64,000 nucleotides of DNA from an uncultured Gemmatimonadaceae bacterium (GTDB taxonomy: Bacteria; Gemmatimonadota; Gemmatimonadetes; Gemmatimonadales; Gemmatimonadaceae), in contig CAWHHI010000011.1 in the NCBI GenBank assembly GCA_963829055.1, positions 128,001 through 192,000 of the forward strand, read 5' to 3'. The translations under genes were made by a program, and so were the position numbers. Under the pieces are notes generated by a model. The model was not told the DNA's origin and searched no databases. It saw nothing but the letters and a program-made list of their open reading frames with translations. Shown piece after piece: positions 1 through 6,899 of the stretch. Each line of letters begins with the position of its first letter. Positions within the stretch are counted from its first letter, which is position 1.

Positions 1-1481
1 CGTACGGCAGCTCGTGGTCGAAAGCGGATTACTCGGCGTCGCGGGGGGCGTGCTCGGTCTCGCGGTCGCCGGCGCGCTCATCAAGGTGCTCGTCGCGTAC
101 GCGCCGCCGCAGTTGCCGCGCATGGACGTGATCGGCGTTGCGGGCACGCCTGTCATCATCGCCATTGGGGTCACGCTCGCTGCCGTGCTTGTGTTCGGTG
201 TTCTGCCGTCATTGCTGGCGTCACGCGGCGACCTCGCGTCGCCGCTGCGGTATGACTCGCGCGCGGGCACCGAGACGCGCGCGCGCCGGCGCATGCGGCA
301 GGCGCTGGTCGCGTCACAGGTAGCGCTCGCGCTCGTCATGCTCGCCGGCGCGGCACTCCTGGGACGAAGCCTCGAGCGGCTTCAGGGGCTCTCGCTCGGG
401 TATGATCCGAACCATCTGTCGCTCATCTCGGTCGCCTTTCCGCCGAGCACGTACGCCGACTCGGCAGGGAAGATCGATCAGCCCCGGTTGAACGCGCTCG
501 GCGATCGGCTCGCGCCGGCCTATCGCGCGGTTCCCGGCGTGACGGCCGTGACGCAGATGCTCGTACCGCCCTTCCTCGGCACGGGGATCTTCGTCGGCCG
601 GCTGGACCTCGAGGGTCAGACCCCGGAAGAGATGAAAACCAATCCCGTGTACCCGATGGAAGCGGGCGGCGCTGACTACTTCCGGCTCTACGGCATTCCG
701 ATTCGGCGCGGTCGTGCGTTCACCGAGGCCGACGACGAAAAGGCCGAGAATGTCGCGGTCGTCAGCGAGTCCGCCGCGCGCCGTCTGTGGCCTAACGCGG
801 ATCCGATCGGCAAGCGCATTCACTTCTGGAGCGCCGATTCCACCGCGCTCCGCACGGTGGTAGGGGTGGCCGGCGACATGCACTATCGATCGCTGCGCGA
901 GTCGACGGCGGAGATCTACCTGCCGTGGAAGCAATCGTACTGGCAGGGATCGTTCGCGATCCGCACGACGGGCAGCCTCGCGTCCGTGCTCCCTGCCCTG
1001 CGGCGCGCGACGGCCGAAGTGAATCCGCAGTTGACGCTGTGGCAGGCCGACGCGATGGATGACCTGATCGCGAAACCACTGGCGCAGCCGCGCATGAGTG
1101 CGTTGCTGCTCGCGAGCTTCGCGTTCGTGTCGATGCTGCTCGCCGCGATCGGGCTGTATGGCGTGATGGCGGCTTCGGTTCGCGGCAGTATGCGCGAGCT
1201 CGGGGTGCGCTCAGCGTTAGGCGCCTCACCGGAACGCCTGCGGCGTGGCGTGCTCGCCCAGGCGCTGACGGTGACGGGAGCGGGGGCAGTGGTAGGAATC
1301 ATCGCGGCGCTGGCCGCGTCGCAGCTGCTGACGAAGTTGCTGTTCGAGGTGAGCCCGGTGGACCCGATCTCGATCGTTGGCTCGGCTGCTGCTGCTGCTC
1401 GTCGTGGCGCTCATCGCGGCGTACATCCCGGCCCGACACGCGACACGCGTCGATCCAGTGCAAGCATTGCGATCCGACTGA
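1..1481 (+). CDS. ADOP/MacB-family duplicated ABC permease, 3' part (starts before the window)
   Basis: FtsX-like TM blocks and family motifs (LVASQVALALVML, LLAAIGLYGVM, ELGVRSALGA). An indel in the GCT run near 1385-1400 shifts frame. The natural C-terminus IPARHATRVDPVQALRSD* ends at TGA 1479-1481. Confidence 0.85.
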
Positions 1482-1554
1482 TCGGCTTGCTGCGAGGACC
1501 TGGGTGTACCCGGCATCTCGACGCACACCCTTTGTTTTCAGTACCGAGGGGTCA

Positions 1555-1700
1555 GTCGTTAGTCATCAGTTTTCAGTCGGAGTCCGTCAGTTGGTAGTAA
1601 ACGCCGAGACATCGCAGACTGGCGGCTCGCCGCGCGAGGCTCGGCAGCCGTAGCCGGCGGATACGGGGACTGAAAACTGAAAACTATGACTGAGTGACTG
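1555..1700. repeat. Inverted element built from short tandem units (TCAGTTT.../...ACTGAAA)
   Basis: tcagttttcagtc at about 1566-1578 pairs with gactgaaaactgaaaact at about 1668-1685; intergenic between convergent genes. Confidence 0.55.
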
Positions 1701-1759
1701 ACCCACTTGGTACTGGCCATGCCGCCGCCGGATAGCCATAAAACGGGCGCTTGCACAAT

Positions 1760-1878
1760 GTCATTCCGAGCGAGCGAGAGCGAGTCGAGGAATCGCGATC
1801 GTCGCTGGTAGAGGGCTCTCTACCTGCGACGCCAGGGATTCCTCGACTCCGGCCCTTCGGCGCTCCGCTCGGAATGAC
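1760..1878. repeat. REP/REPIN-like palindromic element, family A (GTCATTCCGAGCG...CGCTCGGAATGAC)
   Basis: Terminal inverted repeats plus an inner GAGGAATC/GATTCCTC stem; close homolog at 43632-43740. Confidence 0.85.
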
Positions 1879-1883
1879 TGCCG

Positions 1884-2933
1884 CTACGCGACCGCTGCCG
1901 TTCTTCCTTCCCTAACGAGTGGCATCACCTGCTCCGCGAATCGCTCCATCTCCTCGAGCTGCGGACTGCACTGCAGCAGCAGCAGCGACACGCCCACCTG
2001 CTCGAGCTCGATGATCCGCTCCGCCACCTGCTCCGCCGTCCCCACGAGCCCAGCGCGCAGCCCGCGATTCGAAACGGAGTAGTCCTGCAAGCTCACCTGC
2101 TGCTCGAGCTTCGTGTGCGAGATCCAGTCCTGATAGTTCGCGTAGCCCGGTGAACCCGGCTCGACGTTCGTGATCCGTTCCAGCTCGCGCTTCGCCTCGG
2201 TCTCGGAATCACGCACGATCACGTAGCCCGCGAGCCCATACGTCATGGCCGGGAGACCGAGCTTCTCGCGACGAGCCGCCATGTCGGCGACCTTCGGCGC
2301 GACGCGGTCTGGCGGATCGCCGTGCATCACGTAGGCGTCACACGACCGCGAGATGAGCGACTTCGCCGCCTCCGATTCGCCTCCCGCATAGATCGTCGGT
2401 CGCGGCCGGCGAACCGGCTTCGGCTCGACGATGAGCTCACTCACGTTGTAGTACTTGCCCGCGTAATCGAACTTGGGCTGCTTCCACGCGCCGTCGATGA
2501 CGTCGAGCCACTCGGCCGTTCGTGCATAACGATCGTCGTGCTGATCGAACTGCACGCCGTAGCGGCGCGCCTCGTCGGACCACCACGAGCTGACGACGTT
2601 GAGCGCGAGCCGCCCGTTGCTGATGCGATCGATGTTCGCCGCGTGCTTCGCGAGAATCGCCGGCTGATGGAACGTCGGCCGCACGGCAACCATGAGCTCG
2701 AGCCGATGCGTGATGGCGGCGAGCGCCGCCGCGGTGGACCACGCGTCGAGCGCCGGCGCTTCAATGCCCTTGATGTCGTTCAGAAACAGCTCGGCGATGA
2801 GCGTGAGATCGAAGCCGATCTCTTCGCTGCGCCGAGCGAGGCGGCTCACGTACGCCCACGACGTGTCCATGCGCTCGTCAGGCACGTTGCGGAGCCAGCC
2901 GCCGAAGACGGGAAGCCAGTAGCCGTAGCGCAT
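1884..2933 (-). CDS. LLM-class flavin-dependent monooxygenase (SsuD/SfnG-like)
   Basis: 349 aa; MRYGYWLPVFGGW start, ARRSEEIGFDLTLIAE, GRLALNVVS, IYAGGES, GLVGTAEQVA typical of luciferase-like organosulfur oxygenases. Confidence 0.85.
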   Translation of the reverse strand: MRYGYWLPVFGGWLRNVPDERMDTSWAYVSRLARRSEEIGFDLTLIAELFLNDIKGIEAPALDAWSTAAALAAITHRLELMVAVRPTFHQPAILAKHAANIDRISNGRLALNVVSSWWSDEARRYGVQFDQHDDRYARTAEWLDVIDGAWKQPKFDYAGKYYNVSELIVEPKPVRRPRPTIYAGGESEAAKSLISRSCDAYVMHGDPPDRVAPKVADMAARREKLGLPAMTYGLAGYVIVRDSETEAKRELERITNVEPGSPGYANYQDWISHTKLEQQVSLQDYSVSNRGLRAGLVGTAEQVAERIIELEQVGVSLLLLQCSPQLEEMERFAEQVMPLVREGRTAAVA

Positions 2934-2936
2934 CGG

Positions 2937-4013
2937 TTACCGTCCTGCCGTTGCGCGACCGGCACGGCGGGAACTGGGAACCGGGAACTGGGAACCGGGC
3001 GCTGCTTGCTGCACGCCGCGTGCAGCCTCCTGTTCCCTGTTCCCCGTTCCCGGTTCCCCCCGTCGCGTTTCCAGATAGTCGACGAAATCGAGCCACGGAT
3101 CAAACCCCACGACGTTCACGGCATCCGCCACGAAATTCGACAGCGCGTTCACATCGTAGTAGTAGTGCTTCCCATCGCGGTCATCGACGAGGTATTCGAT
3201 GCCACCGATATCGAGCTTCGCCGCCTGCGCGATACGCTCCACCTCCGCGATGATCTCGGCCGACGGCGTCGTGCCCTCCACGCGCAGGCCCGTCTTCGGG
3301 GCGTCGATCGCGCAGGCGCCACGCACGAGCTCCACGCCGTTCGTCGTCTGACACGCGTCCGCCGGGCAGAGGTCGAACGAGCCGACCGCCGGGAACACGT
3401 TGATCGCGTACAGGTACCGGCCGCCTAACGTCTCAACGCGCGTGATGTGACCGTTGCGCAGCGGTGCCGACTCCTGCACCAGCGCTGTGCCGTCCACGCC
3501 GAGTGTCACACGGCCCGCTTCGACTTCCGCCGCGAGCGCTTCGGGGGTGTCGTATCGCACGATGCCGGCGCCGCTGCCGCCGACGTTCGCCTTCACGAGC
3601 ACCGGGAACCGCAGCTGGCTCGCCGCCGCCGGCGCCTGCGCCGCGTCGTTGATCACGATCGAGCGTGGATACGGAAGCCCGAGCTCCGTGAGCAGATCGA
3701 GCTGCGTCGCCTTCGAGATCTCGAGGCCGTAGACGTGCGAGCCATTCACGACGGGCACGCCGAGTCGCTCGAGATGCCGCAGCAGATGGAGCGTGTAGAA
3801 CGTCGTCTGACCGTGCGCGCGCAGGTACGCCGACGGGCTCGCGCGATTCACGACGAGCGAGTACGGCGCTTCGCGTTCTGACGGATCGAACTGATGCGAC
3901 GCAGCGTCGAGTCTGACGTATGGAATCCCGCGCCGTTCGAGCTCGGCAAATAGTGGGCGGAACCAGTCTGGGTGTTCGTGGAAAATGCCGATGGGAAGTG
4001 CAGCCGTGGACAT
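2937..4013 (-). CDS. ATP-grasp (RimK/glutathione synthetase-like) protein
   Basis: FPVLVKANVGGSGAGI, LVQE, GIEYL..YYDVNALSNF ATP-grasp motifs; CPADAC motif; ATG at 4013; C-terminus extended by a repeat insertion. Confidence 0.8.
   Translation of the reverse strand: MSTAALPIGIFHEHPDWFRPLFAELERRGIPYVRLDAASHQFDPSEREAPYSLVVNRASPSAYLRAHGQTTFYTLHLLRHLERLGVPVVNGSHVYGLEISKATQLDLLTELGLPYPRSIVINDAAQAPAAASQLRFPVLVKANVGGSGAGIVRYDTPEALAAEVEAGRVTLGVDGTALVQESAPLRNGHITRVETLGGRYLYAINVFPAVGSFDLCPADACQTTNGVELVRGACAIDAPKTGLRVEGTTPSAEIIAEVERIAQAAKLDIGGIEYLVDDRDGKHYYYDVNALSNFVADAVNVVGFDPWLDFVDYLETRRGEPGTGNREQEAARGVQQAAPGSQFPVPSSRRAGRATAGR
2969..3060. repeat. Heptamer-unit inverted repeat (GGGAAC[T/C])n...(GTTCCC[T/C/G])n inside the 3' end of the ATP-grasp ORF
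   Basis: Four GGGAAC units at 2969-2996 and four GTTCCC units at about 3032-3058. Confidence 0.75.
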
Positions 4014-4017
4014 GATA

Positions 4018-4593
4018 TCAACGCTCCGCGAGAGTAGGCGACGACGTCGCCGCCTGGTGAGGCTGGTGAATGCGCGCACTGAGGGTGATCGCCTCGGACG
4101 CCGCTACGTCTATCCGGGCAAGCAGGGATTGGTTCGGCACCCCATTCTCGAACGCCGAGTCGGTGCCGTAGATGGCGGTGGGCGTGATGACCGCGCCGAC
4201 GCTGGCGAACAGCGGACGCAGTCCGTGATCGATCACGAGTTGATGAGCCGGCGACCCGCCCGTGGCGATCGCGATCCCGGTCTTATCGACGAGCCCGTTG
4301 AGCGGCAGCAGGTCGAAGAAGACCTTGAGCAGCCCGCTGTACGTCGCGCGGTACACGGGCGTGCTCGCGACGACGATCGTCGCATCAGCAACTCGTGCAA
4401 GGGCTTCGTCGACCTCGCTGGAGCGACGCCGGCCGAGCAGCGCGTCGGCTGGCAGCGCGGCGAGGTCGACGAGAGCGGTCGTCGCGCCACGCTCGACGAG
4501 CGAGGCCAGCGTCCGCTCGAGGAGCGCACGCGATTTCGAGCGCGCCGCCGGGCTGCCCGAGATACCAATGGCGTTGATAGTTGTGGCGTTCAT
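4018..4593 (-). CDS. NAD(P)H-dependent FMN reductase (SsuE/MsuE-like)
   Basis: ISGSPAARSKS, ASTPVYRATYSGLLKVFFDLL, ATGGSPAH, LRPLF flavodoxin-fold motifs; alternative starts up to 4614. Confidence 0.88.
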   Translation of the reverse strand: MNATTINAIGISGSPAARSKSRALLERTLASLVERGATTALVDLAALPADALLGRRRSSEVDEALARVADATIVVASTPVYRATYSGLLKVFFDLLPLNGLVDKTGIAIATGGSPAHQLVIDHGLRPLFASVGAVITPTAIYGTDSAFENGVPNQSLLARIDVAASEAITLSARIHQPHQAATSSPTLAER

Positions 4594-4691
4594 GAGTCCC
4601 ATGCGTGCCTCCACTAGCGCCGCCGGGCGTCACGCGAATGAACCGCGATCGAAATCCGGTCGATCGCGGATGCGATCGCGTACGACACCGG

Positions 4692-4730
4692 AAAACGAAA
4701 AACGCCCGGGCTTGATGGGGCCGCCGGGCG
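4692..4730 (-). terminator. Intrinsic terminator/attenuator upstream of the sulfur operon
   Basis: Minus strand CGCCCGG-loop-CCGGGCG followed by TTTTTCGTTTT. Confidence 0.75.
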
Positions 4731-4739
4731 CGTCGCGTT

Positions 4740-4784
4740 TTAGCACATTGTTTTACGTGGCGGCAATAGGCGGCAAATCACCAC
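4740..4784 (-). CDS. Putative leader peptide (M)VICRLLPPRKTMC
   Basis: GTG-start 14-codon ORF between promoter and terminator, ending ATG TGC TAA. Confidence 0.45.
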   Translation of the reverse strand: MVICRLLPPRKTMC

Positions 4785-4806
4785 GAGCGCTTCAGTTGTG
4801 TTTGGA

Positions 4807-4835
4807 ACTCTATGACGACGTCGTCGCCGAGTCAA
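4807..4835 (-). promoter_or_regulatory. Sigma70-type promoter TTGACT-17-TAGAGT
   Basis: -35 at 4835-4830, -10 at 4812-4807, exact 17-bp spacer, in an AT-richer patch. Confidence 0.65.
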
Positions 4836-4890
4836 GCGCGCGGTGCGGTAGCGAAATTGTCTCGAATATGTGTGGGGGCCGCGCGCGTAA

Positions 4891-5145
4891 GCATCAAGAA
4901 CCCAGAGTGGGAACGGATGCCGCGGAAACAACTGATGGACTTTGCTGACCAGACGGATCGTTGCACCGAAAGCGCAAACAGAAGCAACGGAAAGAAAAAG
5001 AACAGACCTCGAGACGCCGTCGGCGGAACTCGAGGTCTGTTTATGACCGCCGAACCCACTTCATTCACCGCGATGATCTCCGACACCGCACCGGAGTCAA
5101 TCAGTCGTTTCCGAAGAATCCGTTCCCACTCTGGGTTCTTGATGC
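4891..5145. repeat. 255-bp fold-back element with 51-bp terminal inverted repeats and a central hairpin
   Basis: 4891-4918 is the exact reverse complement of 5118-5145; the match extends to 46/51 bp (4891-4941 vs 5095-5145). Confidence 0.85.
4991..5041 (-). terminator. Strong intrinsic terminator at the centre of the fold-back element
   Basis: 13-bp stem AACAGACCTCGAG (5001-5013) / CTCGAGGTCTGTT (5029-5041), followed on the minus strand by CTTTTTCTTT. Confidence 0.8.
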
Positions 5146-5174
5146 CTGCCGGAGCCTGCGAGCAGCCCGCAGCC

Positions 5175-5948
5175 TCAAGCCGGCGGCTTACCGAGATTCG
5201 TTAGGCGCTGCTTCACCCGCGGGTCGTTAGGCCGCTTCGTCAGCGCCGCCTGATACCGCGCGATCGCCTTCTCCTTGTCGCCCTTCTTCTCGTAGATGTC
5301 GCCGAGCTGGAAGTCGATGTCCGCCGAGTTCGCGTTGAACTCCTGATTCATCAACAACAGCGAGATGGCCGCATCCGCCTTCCCACGCTCCGCGAGCGAG
5401 CGCGAGACCGAGTTCACCGGACCTTCCGTGAAATCGTACCGCCCGTTGCCCATGTTCTCGCGCAGCTTCCGGTAGCGCGCAATGGCGGAGTCGGGCCCGA
5501 ACTTGTCCACCGCGTCCGCGATCACCGTCTCGATCGTGCCCGGAATCGGCGACCCGCGATGGCATGTCACACACTGGATGTTCACGCCCTCGTGCCGCTG
5601 CGGCAGCGACGCCAGCGTGATGCGGTTCAGCGTGTCGACCATCGCCAGCATGAAACGCGCTTTCTGCTTCTCGATCTTGTCGTCGAGCGCCGGACGCATA
5701 CGCGGCCGGCCACCCGGCTGGGCGGCGGGCTCCTCGACATGACAGTACGCGCAGTTCACGCCGAGCGCATACGTGAACCCACGCATGTACGTGAGCAGCG
5801 TGTCCCGCGGAATGTCCTTCGGGAAGAACTTGAGGTTCTCGGGCGGCGGCGGTTGCTGCCCGCCGCCCTGCGCGAGGGCGGGCACCGAGGCGGACACGAG
5901 CGCGGCTGCGGCGAGTAGTGATCGACGGACGACGAGACGGACCACCAT
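5175..5948 (-). CDS. Secreted diheme c-type cytochrome (reaction-centre cytochrome c-like domain) fused to C-terminal TPR
   Basis: Signal peptide; ENLKFF..MRGFTYALGVNCAYCH and CVTCHRG heme motifs; TPR-like tail (LGDIYEKKGDKEKAIARYQAAL). Confidence 0.8.
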   Translation of the reverse strand: MVVRLVVRRSLLAAAALVSASVPALAQGGGQQPPPPENLKFFPKDIPRDTLLTYMRGFTYALGVNCAYCHVEEPAAQPGGRPRMRPALDDKIEKQKARFMLAMVDTLNRITLASLPQRHEGVNIQCVTCHRGSPIPGTIETVIADAVDKFGPDSAIARYRKLRENMGNGRYDFTEGPVNSVSRSLAERGKADAAISLLLMNQEFNANSADIDFQLGDIYEKKGDKEKAIARYQAALTKRPNDPRVKQRLTNLGKPPA

Positions 5949-6105
5949 GAGAGACGACTCCTGGGTGCTGTCAGAAGAACTGGGACGAATCATTGCGGCA
6001 GGCATGATGGCGGCTGGCCCGGTCCTCGGCTAGATCGCGCCGACAGCCTTGCGGCGACGGGTAAGACGCGGGTGACGGCTCGACGTGGGCTCGGGCGCGC
6101 CACCT

Positions 6106-6748
6106 TCAGCGACGCATGAGCCGGAACGCGATGTTGCGCCCCATGCCACCGATCGCCATCGAGATCCACAGGATCGCGAGATGCTCGAGCTCCCGTGCGC
6201 GAATCAACGCGCCGGCGTCCACCGCATCGAAGCCGAGATCCGTCGCGAGCTGCGCCGTCTGTCGCTTGGCGCCCGCGTCGTCACCGGCATAGAACATCAC
6301 GCTGGGCACCCCGTCGTACACGGGATCGCGCATGTTCTCATAGCCGGTGGTGTTGAACGCCTTCACCACCTTCGCGTGCGGCACGAGTGCCTGAAGCTGC
6401 TCGGCGCCCGACGCTCCACCCTCGCCAGCGAGAAGCGTTAGGCCGCGGCCGATCGGGTTCGTCGCATCGATCAGCGTCACCCCGTCGAACGCCCCCGAGG
6501 CGGCGCCGGCGGCGAGCAACGCGTCGCGTGCCGCGTCCCAGGGCGTCGCGAGTACGACGACGTCCGCACCGCGCACGGACTCACTCAGCGGGGCCACTCG
6601 CACATTCGACGGGAGCGTCGTCGCTCCCTTTCACGTCGCCGCCGTCAGCGCCACGTCTCGAACCGAACGTCACATCGTGCCCGGCTGCGGCCCACCGCCT
6701 GCCGAGCGTCCCGCCGACGTTCCCGGCCCCGATCATCGTAATACGCAT
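6106..6748 (-). CDS. NADPH-dependent F420 reductase-family oxidoreductase (frameshift near 6590-6603)
   Basis: MRITMIGAGNVGGTLG Rossmann start in one frame; DVVVLATPW, IDATNP, VVKAFNT, DAGAL in the next. Confidence 0.85.
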
Positions 6749-6899
6749 AGTTCGCCGGACTCGTAGGGGTGCACACGGGTAGGCTAGCTGGGAGGCTAGC
6801 CGGCCATTGTCGCACTGGCAGGGCCCATCATACCACTCTACATTGGCGCTTGCCACGCTGATACCTCCCCGCGGTACGGTCCGCCCCTTCGGAGGCGCG

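Noticed and set aside
4891..5145. SAM riboswitch or T-box upstream of the sulfur genes (GCATCAAGA start)
   Set aside because: The remaining SAM-I/IV core (GCAACC, GTGC) and the T-box UGGNACC motif are absent, and the sequence occurs as an inverted pair
5175..5948. pufC / photosynthesis gene cluster
   Set aside because: Only two hemes, a TPR fusion, and no puf, bch or crt genes nearby
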